DNA from: Sphingomicrobium sp.
Lineage (GTDB): Bacteria > Pseudomonadota > Alphaproteobacteria > Sphingomonadales > Sphingomonadaceae
Reading direction: 5' to 3'
Length of the DNA: 48,388 bases
NCBI GenBank assembly: GCA_035545385.1
Contig: DASZYL010000147.1
Span: 1-48,388, forward strand
Shown: piece after piece, positions 25,879-35,533 of the stretch
How positions within the stretch are numbered: position 1 is the stretch's first letter
Layout of the letters: each line of letters opens with the position of its first letter
Program-made: the position numbers and the translations under genes
Notes under the pieces: model-generated
Databases searched by the model: none
What the model was told of the DNA's origin: nothing
What the model saw: the letters and a program-made list of their open reading frames with translations, nothing else

Positions 25879-26828
25879 CGTACCTGCCCCATCTCGGCTG
25901 CAGCCTTGTTGCCCGCGATGGCGACGAAAGCGTCATGAAGCCCCGGCCGTTCGATCGCGAGCGTCTCGATTCCCGCCTTGCCGTCGATCAGCGCCTTCAG
26001 CAGCGGCTCGGGCCCGCCTTCCGGGAGCTCGAACACCCATTCGTCCCCTTCGACTCGGGCAGCTGCCGGAATCGCGGAGCGCCAGGGCCCGTCCTTCTCC
26101 CGGGTCCGCAGCCGCACGATCGGACGAAGCCGCGCCCGGGCCTCGTCGACCCGCCCGTCGAACGCCACCCGCCCCTTGGCAATGATCGCGACCCGCTCGC
26201 ACAGGCGCTCGGCGTGCGCGATCACGTGGGTCGAGAAGATGACCGTCGCCCCCGAGCGCGTCTCGCGCCTGATCAGCTCCTCGAGCCGGCCCTGGTTGAT
26301 GGCATCGAGCCCCGCGAACGGCTCGTCGAGGACGATGAGTTTCGGCCGGTGAACGATCGTGCCGAGAAGCTGGACGGTCTGTGCCATGCCCTTGGAAAGC
26401 GAGCGGATCGGCTTCTTCGCCCAATCGCCAAGATTGTGCTCCTCGAGCAGCTCGTCGGCGCGGCGGCGACCCTCGGCCACCGCAAGTCCCCGAAGCGCGC
26501 CCATGAAGGCGATCGCGTCGCGGGCATGCATCGCCGGGTAGAGCCCGCGCTCCTCGGGCAGGTAGCCCACCTCGGGAGCGGCATCGAGCGGGCGTTCGCG
26601 CCCAAGCACGCGCCGGGTGCCGCTCGAGGGATCGATGATCCCGATAAGCATCCGCAAGGTGGTGGTCTTGCCCGCCCCATTGGGTCCGAGCAGGCCGTAG
26701 ATCGAGCCGGTCGGAACCGAAAGGCTGACGCCGTCGACCGCGCGCGTTTCCCCGAAATCCTTGACGAGATCCAAGGCCTCGACTGCAGGCACATTCGATG
26801 CCGTGGATTGGGAAACCTGCTGGAGCAC
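25875..26828 (-). CDS. ABC transporter ATP-binding protein
   Basis: Walker A GPNGAGKTT, LSKGMAQ signature, IVLDEPF, FSTH. GTG start chosen from SD agga; the longer ORF runs antisense into queG. Confidence 0.92.
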   Translation of the reverse strand: MLQQVSQSTASNVPAVEALDLVKDFGETRAVDGVSLSVPTGSIYGLLGPNGAGKTTTLRMLIGIIDPSSGTRRVLGRERPLDAAPEVGYLPEERGLYPAMHARDAIAFMGALRGLAVAEGRRRADELLEEHNLGDWAKKPIRSLSKGMAQTVQLLGTIVHRPKLIVLDEPFAGLDAINQGRLEELIRRETRSGATVIFSTHVIAHAERLCERVAIIAKGRVAFDGRVDEARARLRPIVRLRTREKDGPWRSAIPAAARVEGDEWVFELPEGGPEPLLKALIDGKAGIETLAIERPGLHDAFVAIAGNKAAAEMGQVR

Positions 26829-26873
26829 TGAAATTCCTACGAAAATTGGCGCCGTCGATGTAGGGGCCTCATC

Positions 26874-27947
26874 GTGCATAAGAGCCAAAGCCTTGAGGAA
26901 GCAATAAGGGCCAAGGCCGAGGAGCTCGGCTTTGCGGCCTGTGGCTTCACGCGTGCCGATGCCGCCGACAGCGCGGGGCTCGACATCAAGCGCTGGCTCG
27001 AAGCGGGGCACCAAGGGACCATGGGATGGATGGAATCGCGCGCCCACCACCGCGTCTCGCCCCTTGCCCTGTGGCCCGAGGCAAGATCGGCGATCGCGCT
27101 TGGAATGAGCTACGCGCCCGCCTCCGATCCGCTCGCGCTTGCCGGGCGGCCCGGGCTCGGCCGGATCTCGGTCTATGCGCAGGGCGGCGACTATCACAAG
27201 ACCGTCAAGAAAGCGCTGAAGGCGCTCGCAAGGTGGCTCGTCGAGGAAGCCGGCGGCGAACTCAAGGTCTTCGTCGACACTGCGCCGGTCATGGAAAAGC
27301 CGCTGGCGCAGGCCGCCGGCATCGGGTGGCAGGGCAAGCACACCAATCTCGTCAGCCGCGAGCACGGCAGCTGGCTATTTCTCGGCGTCGTCCTCACCAG
27401 CCTGTCGCTCGAACCCGATGCGCCCAGCGATCACGGACAGCATTGCGGATCGTGCACGAGGTGCCTCGATTCCTGCCCCACCCGCGCCTTCATCTCCCCC
27501 CACCGGATCGATGCGAGGCGCTGCATCTCTTATCTTACCATCGAGCATGACGGAGCGATCCCGCAGGAATTTCGAAGAGCGATGGGAAACCGGATCTACG
27601 GCTGCGACGATTGTCTTGCCGTGTGCCCATGGAACCGGTTCGCGGATGCGGCATCGGCGAACCGCGCCTTCCTGCCGCGCGCCGAGCTCGCCGCTCCGCG
27701 ACTCGCCGACCTCCTGGCCCTCGACGATGCTTCCTTCCGCGAGATGTTCGCCGGATCGCCGATCAAGCGGATCGGGGTCAAACGGATGATCCGAAACTGC
27801 CTGATCGCAGCCGGCAACAGCGCCGACACCTCGCTTGTCCCGTCGGTCGAGAGGCACCGCCACGACCCCGACCCGGTCATCGCCGAAGCCGCGGCCTGGG
27901 CGCTCGATCAGCTTGGGTATTCGAGCGCGGAGATGCAGGTCGCCTGA
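26874..27947 (+). CDS. queG: tRNA epoxyqueuosine(34) reductase
   Basis: YAQGGDYH, VDTAPVMEK, GWQGKHT, CGSCTRCLDSCP, RCISYLTIE, GCDDCLAVCPWN. Confidence 0.96.
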   Translation: MHKSQSLEEAIRAKAEELGFAACGFTRADAADSAGLDIKRWLEAGHQGTMGWMESRAHHRVSPLALWPEARSAIALGMSYAPASDPLALAGRPGLGRISVYAQGGDYHKTVKKALKALARWLVEEAGGELKVFVDTAPVMEKPLAQAAGIGWQGKHTNLVSREHGSWLFLGVVLTSLSLEPDAPSDHGQHCGSCTRCLDSCPTRAFISPHRIDARRCISYLTIEHDGAIPQEFRRAMGNRIYGCDDCLAVCPWNRFADAASANRAFLPRAELAAPRLADLLALDDASFREMFAGSPIKRIGVKRMIRNCLIAAGNSADTSLVPSVERHRHDPDPVIAEAAAWALDQLGYSSAEMQVA

Positions 27948-28261
27948 TCGACGTCGGCACCCGAGGGGTTCCTCGTGTCGACATGGGTAACCCGTAAAAC
28001 GCCATTCTGTCCCGGGTAGAGATAGGCATCGAGGATGCAGTACCTGCCACGGAACTGAAGCTTGAGGCTCGTCCCCTCCTGGACCTGAAGCGCGGGCCGG
28101 CCGAAGTGGCCGGTAAGATCCCGTGTCGTCATCCCGGTCACCTGGGTCAGCTGGCGCTGCACGGGCACGACCTGCGCGGGCTGCTGCGGCTCAGGGGCAG
28201 GCTCCGGCCTCGTGGCGCAGCCGGCAAGGACCAGTGTCGAAGCGAATATCAAGCGACGCAT
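27908..28261 (-). CDS. small hypothetical lipoprotein
   Basis: MRRLIFASTLVLAGC lipobox, Pro/Gln linker, FGRP..CILDAYLY..C core. Confidence 0.8.
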   Translation of the reverse strand: MRRLIFASTLVLAGCATRPEPAPEPQQPAQVVPVQRQLTQVTGMTTRDLTGHFGRPALQVQEGTSLKLQFRGRYCILDAYLYPGQNGVLRVTHVDTRNPSGADVDQATCISALEYPS

Positions 28262-28359
28262 GGGCGTCACGATGCCTTGAGCCACTCTCCTAGGCAAGGT
28301 TGCCCGCGATCGAACGGGGAGCTAGGCGGCGCCATTTCCCTGAACTGCTGCGAGAATCC

Positions 28360-29349
28360 ATGCCCGAAGAGAGCCTCGACGTCCTTTGCATCGGAAACGC
28401 CATCGTCGACGTGATCGCCGAAGCGAGCGACGACTTCCTGAAGGCAGAGGGCCTCGTCAAGGGGACGATGCGCCTCGTCGATGCCGCGGAGGCGGAACGC
28501 CTCTATTCCCACATGGGCCCTGCGCACCAGGTCAGCGGAGGGTCCGCCGGCAACACCGCCGCTGGAATCGCGGCGCTCGGCGCCCGCGCGGGGTTCATCG
28601 GCCAGGTCGCACCCGACCAGCTCGGCCAATTCTACCGGCACGATCTTCGGGCAGCGGGAGTGGAGTTCACGACCCCCGCCTCGGGCTTCGTTCCGACTGC
28701 CCGCTCGATGATCCTCGTGACGCCCGACGGGCACCGAACGATGAACACCTTCCTCGGCGCTGCCCAGCACCTGCCGGCGAGCGCCCTTGACGAGGAGCAG
28801 ATCCGAAGATCGGCGATACTCTATCTCGAGGGCTATCTGTGGGACCCCGAAACGCCTCGCTATGCGATGATCCGGGCGATCGAGGTCGCCCGCGAGGCCG
28901 GCCGGAAAATCGCCTTCACGCTCTCGGACATCTTCTGCGTCGACCGCCACCGGGCGGGGTTCAACACACTGCTCGACGAAGGAAGGATCGACATCCTGTT
29001 CGCGAACCAGGCGGAGGTGGAAGCCCTTGCCGGGATACCGCACCTCGAAAGCGCGGTCGCGGCCGTGAAGGACAAGGTCCAGACGCTGGTGGTCACCCGA
29101 AGCGAGGACGGCGCTCTTGCAACACGCGGGGCGGCTCGTGCCGACGTCCCGGCCGAACCGATCGGGAAGGTCGTCGACACCACGGGCGCAGGCGACCTCT
29201 TCGCCGCCGGTTTCCTCGTCGGGGAGGCTCGAGGCCTCGGCCTCGAGAAGTCGCTGAAGCTCGGAGCGATCTGCGCTGCCGAGGTGATCCAGCATTACGG
29301 CGCGCGCCCCGAGGCGGACCTCAGGGCGCTCGCCGGCACGCTCATCTAG
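28360..29349 (+). CDS. PfkB-family kinase, adenosine kinase-like
   Basis: IGNAIVDV, SGGSAGNT, RTMNTFLGA, DTTGAGDLFAAGF. Confidence 0.92.
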   Translation: MPEESLDVLCIGNAIVDVIAEASDDFLKAEGLVKGTMRLVDAAEAERLYSHMGPAHQVSGGSAGNTAAGIAALGARAGFIGQVAPDQLGQFYRHDLRAAGVEFTTPASGFVPTARSMILVTPDGHRTMNTFLGAAQHLPASALDEEQIRRSAILYLEGYLWDPETPRYAMIRAIEVAREAGRKIAFTLSDIFCVDRHRAGFNTLLDEGRIDILFANQAEVEALAGIPHLESAVAAVKDKVQTLVVTRSEDGALATRGAARADVPAEPIGKVVDTTGAGDLFAAGFLVGEARGLGLEKSLKLGAICAAEVIQHYGARPEADLRALAGTLI

Positions 29350-30992
29350 TCGCCGAGGTCCTCCGGCGGGGCAGGCGCACGCGGCATCGGAGCGACACCG
29401 ATCGACTTCGGAGCGTCTGGCGACAGTTCCGGAACCTCGGTCCTTCCCCGAGCGACGTGGCTGTGGCGGTATCCGTAGAGGAAGTAGACGACCAGCCCGA
29501 GCACCGTCCACGAGAGGAACAGGAGCTTGGATTCGACATTGAGGTTGAAGAACAGAAGCACGCACCCGGCGATCGACAAGGGCGCGATGATGTAGATCGC
29601 GGGCGTCCGGAACGGCCGCGGCCGGTCCGGGTCCCTCTTGCGCAGGACCATCACTCCAAACGAGACCATCGCGAAGGCGAACAGGGTCCCCGCGTTTGAA
29701 TAATCGGCGAGGGTTCCAACCGGGAGGAAGGCCGCCGCGATCGCGACGAAGACCCCGGTGACGATCGTCACGACATAAGGCGTGCGGAACTTCTCGTGGA
29801 CCGCCGAAAGCCGCTCGGGAAGAAGGCCGTCGCGCGCCATGACGAAGAAGATCCGGGTTTGGCCGTACATCATGAGGAGGACGACCGACGGCAGTGCGAT
29901 CGCGGCCGCGAGGCCGACGAGATTGCCGAACAGCGGGTTCGACACCTGCCTGAGGATGTGGGCCAGGGCCTCTTTCGAGCAGACCGTCGGGGCGTTCGCC
30001 GCCTGGCACGCTGCGGAGGCATAGAGCTGCGGCGAGCCTTCCTTGAAGGCGAGCCCGGTCGCGGGGTCGATCAGCGGCTGGGCGCCATAGGCGCCGACCA
30101 CTCCCGCCGCCACCAGCAGGTAGAATACGGTGCAGATGAGGAGGCTCCCGATCAGTCCGATCGGCACGTTGCGCTGCGGGTTCTTGGTCTCCTCTGCCGC
30201 GGTCGAGACCGCGTCGAAACCGACATAGGCGAAGAAGATCGAGGCGGCCGCGCCGAGGATGCCCGTGCCCGAGGAACTCAATGGGTTGCCCCAGCCGCGT
30301 GGAGCGAACGGATGGAAGTTCGCCGTATGGTCGCCGATCATCGGAAGGGTGATGATGAGGAAGAGGGTGAGGGCAGCGATCTTGATCACCACAAGGACGG
30401 CGTTGAACGTCGCGCTTTCCTTGGTCCCGATCACGAGGAGGGCGGTAACGAAGGTCACGACGAGGACGGCCGGGAGGTTGAAGATCCCGCCGACTTCGCC
30501 GCCCTGCAGGAAGCCCCATTCGATCGGGGGGCCTACTCTTAAGGCATGGGGCAGATGGATCCCGATCGAATCGAGAAGACCGCCCGCAAAGCCCGACCAG
30601 CCGACCGCGACGGCGCTTGCTCCAAGCGCATATTCGAGGATGAGTGCCCAACCCACCAGCCAGGCCGCGATCTCCCCCATGACCGCGTAGGAATAGGTGT
30701 AGGCGGAGCCTGCGACCGGAACCATCGAGGCGAGCTCGGAATAGCACAGCGCCGCAACCGCGCAGACGATGCCTGCGACGATGAAGCTCACCATCATTCC
30801 CGGACCCGCCTTCTGGGCGGCCGTCGCAGTCAGAACGAAGATTCCCGTGCCGATGACCGCGCCGATCCCGAGGAGGGTCAGCTGGAAGGCACCGAGCGAT
30901 CGCTTGAGGGATTTTTTCTCCGCAGTCGCAAGAATTTCGTCGAGCGGCTTGATTCGTCCGCGACCGCTTGAGCGCGGTGCTACAGTGGCCAT
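29346..30992 (-). CDS. APC-family amino acid permease
   Basis: GIGAVIGTGIF, AGSAYTY, FFAYVGFD..STAAEETKNPQR, RIFFVMARDGLLP. Confidence 0.94.
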   Translation of the reverse strand: MATVAPRSSGRGRIKPLDEILATAEKKSLKRSLGAFQLTLLGIGAVIGTGIFVLTATAAQKAGPGMMVSFIVAGIVCAVAALCYSELASMVPVAGSAYTYSYAVMGEIAAWLVGWALILEYALGASAVAVGWSGFAGGLLDSIGIHLPHALRVGPPIEWGFLQGGEVGGIFNLPAVLVVTFVTALLVIGTKESATFNAVLVVIKIAALTLFLIITLPMIGDHTANFHPFAPRGWGNPLSSSGTGILGAAASIFFAYVGFDAVSTAAEETKNPQRNVPIGLIGSLLICTVFYLLVAAGVVGAYGAQPLIDPATGLAFKEGSPQLYASAACQAANAPTVCSKEALAHILRQVSNPLFGNLVGLAAAIALPSVVLLMMYGQTRIFFVMARDGLLPERLSAVHEKFRTPYVVTIVTGVFVAIAAAFLPVGTLADYSNAGTLFAFAMVSFGVMVLRKRDPDRPRPFRTPAIYIIAPLSIAGCVLLFFNLNVESKLLFLSWTVLGLVVYFLYGYRHSHVARGRTEVPELSPDAPKSIGVAPMPRAPAPPEDLGD

Positions 30993-31072
30993 GTCACTCC
31001 CCTACCGGATAAGGTTTTCGGCGGCGACCCTAACGGCATGGGTGTCAAGGGCAATCCCCCTTCGTCGAGAGG

Positions 31073-31450
31073 CTATCTCGCGAGCATCGGGCCGAGCGGC
31101 CGCCCGCCGAATATGTGCACATGAAGGTGAGGCACCTCCTGCCCCGAGTTGAGGCCGGTGTTGGCGAGGAGCCGGTAGCCATCGGCGACGAGCCCGGCAT
31201 CACGAGCGATCTTGCCGACCGCACGGACAAAGGCGGCAATCTCCTCGTCAGACGCTTTTGCCGAGAAATCGTCCCACGAGACGTAGGCCCCCTTGGGAAT
31301 GACGAGGATGTGCGTCGGGCTCAACGGGTTGATGTCGTGGAACGCAAGGACGTGCTCGTCCTCGTAGACCTTGTTGCTCGGAAGCTCGCCCCTGAGGATC
31401 CTCGCGAAGATGTTGCCTTCGTCATAGGGCCGGGTCGCATCGATGGGCAT
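31073..31450 (-). CDS. histidine triad (HIT/HinT) nucleotide-binding protein
   Basis: IFARILRGELP, FHDINP, GQEVPHLHVHIFGG. Confidence 0.95.
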   Translation of the reverse strand: MPIDATRPYDEGNIFARILRGELPSNKVYEDEHVLAFHDINPLSPTHILVIPKGAYVSWDDFSAKASDEEIAAFVRAVGKIARDAGLVADGYRLLANTGLNSGQEVPHLHVHIFGGRPLGPMLAR

Positions 31451-31533
31451 ACACGTCCTTTCGACCAGCGGCTCTCAACGTCAAGCTCCAACTATGGAAT
31501 GCTTGGAGCGTCACGACGGGAGGAGCCTCTTCG

Positions 31534-32421
31534 ATGCTTGGACGCGCCTCGCTCTTGATCCTGGCACTCGCCGGATCCGCATCCGCCCAGGATCTGGCGA
31601 ACGGGATCGCGGTCCCGATCACCTACTCGCAGAACTACGACCCCACGCTTTCGCCCGACGGCAAGCGGATGATCTTCCTCAAGGTGCTCGAGGGCCGCGA
31701 GCAGATGTTCATCGCCGACGTCGACGGTCGAAGGGAGCGGCAACTCACCCGCGACAGCGCCGATATCGAAGACCCGGCCTGGTCGCCCGACGGAAAGCAG
31801 GTGGCCTATGTCCGGCTGGACGGGCAACGCAACAGCCTCCACGTCAGGAACGTCGATGGAACCGGCGACAGGAAGCTCGGCGGCCCGACTCAGAGCCCGA
31901 TCCACCCTGCCTGGATGCCCGACGGCCGATCGATCCTCTATTGCACGAACGACGACCTCGATCCGCCGCGCAAGAACGCGGCTGAAATCTATCAAGTCGA
32001 CGTCGCTACGGGAAAGGTCTCGACCATCATCAGCGGAGGAGTGAACACCTACCCTGTTCCCTCGCCCGACGGGAAGAGAATCGCCTTCCGCAAGATGCTC
32101 GGCGTCAACAGCGAGCTCTTCGTCGCGAACGTCGATGGAAGCGGGCTGAAGAACCTCACCGATCACCCGGCTTTCGAGGGCTGGCCGGCATGGTCCCCTG
32201 ACGGGAAGCGCATCGCCTTCGCCGCGAACCGTAATTCGAGCTACCAGATTTTCGTGATGGATTCGGACGGGACGGGCGTGAAGCTCGTCGCCAACACGGA
32301 AGGGCGTGCGACGGCTCCCAAATGGAGCCCGGACGGTCGAACGATCTATTTCACCAATTGCTGGAAGACGGGCTTCCAGGCCGCCTGCGAGATCTTTTCG
32401 GCGCCCGCGCCGCCTGCCTGA
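31534..32421 (+). CDS. secreted TolB-like PD40 beta-propeller protein
   Basis: Signal peptide plus six P.(W/L/P)(S/M)PDG(K/R) repeats; no TolB N-terminal domain; SD ggagg. Confidence 0.85.
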   Translation: MLGRASLLILALAGSASAQDLANGIAVPITYSQNYDPTLSPDGKRMIFLKVLEGREQMFIADVDGRRERQLTRDSADIEDPAWSPDGKQVAYVRLDGQRNSLHVRNVDGTGDRKLGGPTQSPIHPAWMPDGRSILYCTNDDLDPPRKNAAEIYQVDVATGKVSTIISGGVNTYPVPSPDGKRIAFRKMLGVNSELFVANVDGSGLKNLTDHPAFEGWPAWSPDGKRIAFAANRNSSYQIFVMDSDGTGVKLVANTEGRATAPKWSPDGRTIYFTNCWKTGFQAACEIFSAPAPPA

Positions 32422-32471
32422 GGCAAGGGAATCCAGCTTGACCGGCAAAGTCGCGGCGCTACGCAGGAGCC

Positions 32472-32969
32472 ATGAGCGACGACACCCCCGAAAGCCTGAT
32501 CCCGTACGACGAGATCGTGCAGGACGCGCTTCGCGCGGTGGTGGGGCGCGTGCTTCGCGAGGTCGAGCAGTCGGGCGGACTGCCCGGGGAGCACCATTTC
32601 TACATCACGTTCAAGACGAGGATGCCCGGCGTTTCGATCCCCAAGCACCTGCTCGAACGCTTTCCCGATGAGATGACCATCGTCATCCAGCACCGTTTCT
32701 GGGACCTGAAGGTCGAGGAAGACTCCTTTTCCGTCGGACTGTCCTTCGGAGGAGTTCCGGCAACCCTGCACGTGCCGTTCGCTGCCGTGACCCAGTTCCA
32801 CGATCCGGCCGTCGAGTTCGCCCTCACCTTCCACGCCGACGGCGCCGAGGAGCCGCCCGAGGAGCATGAGGAAGCCGAGAACGATGCGCCCGACGGCGGC
32901 GAGGGAGAGGAAAAGAGCCGCGAGGACGGCTCCAACGTCGTCAGCGTCGATTTCACCCGCAAGAAATAG
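32472..32969 (+). CDS. sspB: alphaproteobacterial ClpXP adaptor SspB
   Basis: GLPGEHHFYITF, EMTIVIQHRFWDL, acidic linker, NVVSVDFTRKK tail. Confidence 0.92.
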   Translation: MSDDTPESLIPYDEIVQDALRAVVGRVLREVEQSGGLPGEHHFYITFKTRMPGVSIPKHLLERFPDEMTIVIQHRFWDLKVEEDSFSVGLSFGGVPATLHVPFAAVTQFHDPAVEFALTFHADGAEEPPEEHEEAENDAPDGGEGEEKSREDGSNVVSVDFTRKK

Positions 32970-33034
32970 ATCGACCCCCCGACCTTGATTTCCGTGCCCG
33001 TTTTCGAGCAGGGCGCCCCCGACATCGACGTGAG

Positions 33035-33056
33035 TGCTGGAACATGTTCAGCATGA
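33035..33056. repeat. imperfect palindrome, possibly a degenerate REP-like element
   Basis: tgctggaacatgttcagcatga (minus strand TCATGCTGAACATGTTCCAGCA); single copy in the window. Confidence 0.35.
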
Positions 33057-33069
33057 TGGAAGAGGAATA

Positions 33070-34467
33070 ATGCACAGCACCGAAACGCGCACCGAGAGCG
33101 ACAGCTTCGGCCCGATCGAAGTGCCCGCTGACGCTTATTGGGGAGCGCAGACCGAACGGTCGATCGAGAATTTCCCGTTCGGTCCGCGCGAGCAGATGCC
33201 GCTCGAGATCATCCATGCGCTTGGAATCATCAAGCAGGCGGCGGCGCGCGTGAACGCCCGGATCGGAGGGCTCGATCCGAAGATCGCCGAAGTGATCCAG
33301 CAGGCGGCGGGCGAGGTCGCGCGCGGCGACCTCGACAGCCAGTTTCCGCTCGTGATCTGGCAGACCGGCTCCGGGACTCAGTCGAACATGAATGCGAACG
33401 AGGTCATCGCCGGCCGGGCCAATGAGATCATGACCGGAAAGCGCGGCGGAAAATCGCCCGTCCATCCGAACGATCATGTCAACAAGAGCCAGTCTTCGAA
33501 CGACAGCTTCCCGACCGCGATGCATATCGCGGCGGCAACCGCTGTTCACCAGCGCCTCATTCCCGCGCTCAAGAGGATGCACGAGCGTCTGTCCGAGCAG
33601 GCGAGCCGCTGGGACGACATCGTCAAGATCGGGCGTACCCATCTCCAGGACGCGACTCCGCTGACGCTCGGGCAGGAATTCTCGGGCTATGCGGCGCAGG
33701 TCGGGGACTGCATCGCTCGTGTCGAGGCCGTCTGCCCGAGGCTGATGCGGCTTGCCCAGGGCGGCACGGCGGTGGGGACCGGGCTCAACGCTCCGCCGGG
33801 ATTTGCCGAAGAGTTCGCCGCCGAAGCTGCAAAGCTGACCCAGCTGCCCTTCACCTCGGCCCCCAACAAGTTCGCCGAGCTCGCGGCCCACGACACGCTC
33901 GTCGAGCTCTCGGGCGTCCTCAACGTGATCGCCGTTGCGATCAGCAAGATCGCGAACGACATCCGCCTGCTGGGATCGGGGCCGCGCTGCGGCCTTGGCG
34001 AACTGAAGCTGCCGGAGAACGAGCCGGGAAGCTCCATCATGCCTGGCAAGGTCAATCCCACCCAGGCCGAGATGCTGACCATGGTCGCCGCCCAGGTGAT
34101 GGGCAACCATGTCGCGGTGACCGTCGGCGGCCTCCAGGGCCACCTCGAGCTCAACGTCTTCAAGCCCCTCATCGGGGCGAACGTGATCCGCTCCATCAAC
34201 CTCCTGTCGGTCGGAATGGAGAGCTTCACCGAGCGGATGCTCGACGGGATCGAGCCCAATATCGAGCGAATCGCCCAGCTCATGAACGAGTCGCTGATGC
34301 TGGTGACGGCGCTGGCTCCGGAAATCGGCTACGACAACGCGGCCTCGATCGCGAAGCACGCCCACAAGCACGGAAAGACTCTGAAGCAGGCGGGACTGGA
34401 GCTCGGGCTCGTCGACGAGGAGACGTTCGACCGGGTCGTGAAGCCGGAAAGAATGGTCGGGCGCTAA
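33070..34467 (+). CDS. fumC: class II fumarate hydratase
   Basis: [48 protein letters not shown]. Confidence 0.97.
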   Translation: MHSTETRTESDSFGPIEVPADAYWGAQTERSIENFPFGPREQMPLEIIHALGIIKQAAARVNARIGGLDPKIAEVIQQAAGEVARGDLDSQFPLVIWQTGSGTQSNMNANEVIAGRANEIMTGKRGGKSPVHPNDHVNKSQSSNDSFPTAMHIAAATAVHQRLIPALKRMHERLSEQASRWDDIVKIGRTHLQDATPLTLGQEFSGYAAQVGDCIARVEAVCPRLMRLAQGGTAVGTGLNAPPGFAEEFAAEAAKLTQLPFTSAPNKFAELAAHDTLVELSGVLNVIAVAISKIANDIRLLGSGPRCGLGELKLPENEPGSSIMPGKVNPTQAEMLTMVAAQVMGNHVAVTVGGLQGHLELNVFKPLIGANVIRSINLLSVGMESFTERMLDGIEPNIERIAQLMNESLMLVTALAPEIGYDNAASIAKHAHKHGKTLKQAGLELGLVDEETFDRVVKPERMVGR

Positions 34468-34473
34468 CCCCGA

Positions 34474-34986
34474 CTACAGCTTGAGGTTCAGCCGCACCCC
34501 GAGGTTGTCGATCCCGGGATTTTCTCCCCCGAAGAGCTGGGCGTGGCTCATGTGTACCCAGCTCGCCTCGACGCTGAGACGGTCGTTGATCCTCGTTCCG
34601 ACACCAAGCTCGGGCTCGAACAGGACGCGGCTTCCGAACGCGATTTTATCGGACCGGAAGAACTTGTCCGCAGAGCCATTGTGGATCGCGATTCCAAGCC
34701 CCGGCCTCACGTAGATCGAGCGGCCAAATTTCGCCGACAGTCCGACTGCAGCGTAGCTCGTGTCACCGGCGGTGTTGAGCGCTCCGAAGAGGTAGGGCTG
34801 GAGCGGCGTGTGGCCGATCGAGCCGCCTCGATAGCCAAGCTCCAGGTCGGTGCCATCCTCGATTCCGCTCTTGTCGGTCGGAAGCTTGACGTCGTGCACG
34901 TAGACACCGCCGAAGATCTCGCCGGCATGAGCTGGAGCGCCGGTCGCGAACAGCAATGCCGGGAGCAGGCACCAGGAAAATCTCAC
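34474..34986 (-). CDS. PagL-like outer-membrane acyloxyacyl hydrolase family protein
   Basis: Signal peptide, beta-barrel-like alternating pattern, FGSRVLF and HMSHAQLFGGENPGID C-terminal motif. Confidence 0.78.
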   Translation of the reverse strand: MRFSWCLLPALLFATGAPAHAGEIFGGVYVHDVKLPTDKSGIEDGTDLELGYRGGSIGHTPLQPYLFGALNTAGDTSYAAVGLSAKFGRSIYVRPGLGIAIHNGSADKFFRSDKIAFGSRVLFEPELGVGTRINDRLSVEASWVHMSHAQLFGGENPGIDNLGVRLNLKL

Positions 34987-35113
34987 GTGGAATCGCCTCT
35001 TTTCTCGAATGATTGGGCGTATCAATGTCCGGCGGCTTCGATTGTGCCATCAATGCATGCGCAGCGAGCGGTTTGCTGCTAACATTCACGAGGTCTCGGG
35101 GGAGCTTTTGCGG

Positions 35114-35533
35114 ATGCGTCTTTCCTTGTTGTGCGTCGCCAGCCTTGGAGCGCTTGTTTCAACCGCCGCCACTGCAAAATCCGATCGTCCGATGGGCGTC
35201 TGGGGCGGCGAGCACGTTGGAATCGATTTCGAGGGCGGACTTTCGGACGTTCAGTTCGACTGTGCGTCGGGGACCATCGACGATGCGGTCTACCCCGGCC
35301 GCGACGGCTCCTTCTCGGTGAAGGGCACGTACCGCACCGGCCCCGCGGGACCCGTCAAGGTCGGCCAGTTCTTCCTCAGCAAGGACGCGGTCTATTCGGG
35401 CCAGGTGACGCCCGGGGCGACCAAGAAGGCGCCTCGCCTCATGACCTTGAGCGTGACGTTCGAGGATGGATCGTCGCTCGGGCCGTTCACACTGACCGAA
35501 GGCATGCACCCGCAGCTCAAGCATTGCAGCTGA
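35114..35533 (+). CDS. hypothetical secreted protein
   Basis: SD gggggag, signal peptide, GVWGGEH..FDCASGTID, C-terminal Cys. Confidence 0.7.
   Translation: MRLSLLCVASLGALVSTAATAKSDRPMGVWGGEHVGIDFEGGLSDVQFDCASGTIDDAVYPGRDGSFSVKGTYRTGPAGPVKVGQFFLSKDAVYSGQVTPGATKKAPRLMTLSVTFEDGSSLGPFTLTEGMHPQLKHCS

Noticed and set aside
26829-27365. N-terminal extension of the ABC ATPase ORF
   Set aside because: Lies antisense within queG; SD plus GTG at 26828 gives a normal-length ATPase.
28267-30747. 826-aa minus-strand ORF
   Set aside because: Off-frame overlap with the APC permease and antisense to the PfkB kinase; Arg/Pro-rich non-protein-like composition.
31640-32345. Periodic cc(c/g/t)gacgg repeats as CRISPR or DNA repeats
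   Set aside because: They encode the PDG of PD40 protein repeats; not identical repeats with spacers.
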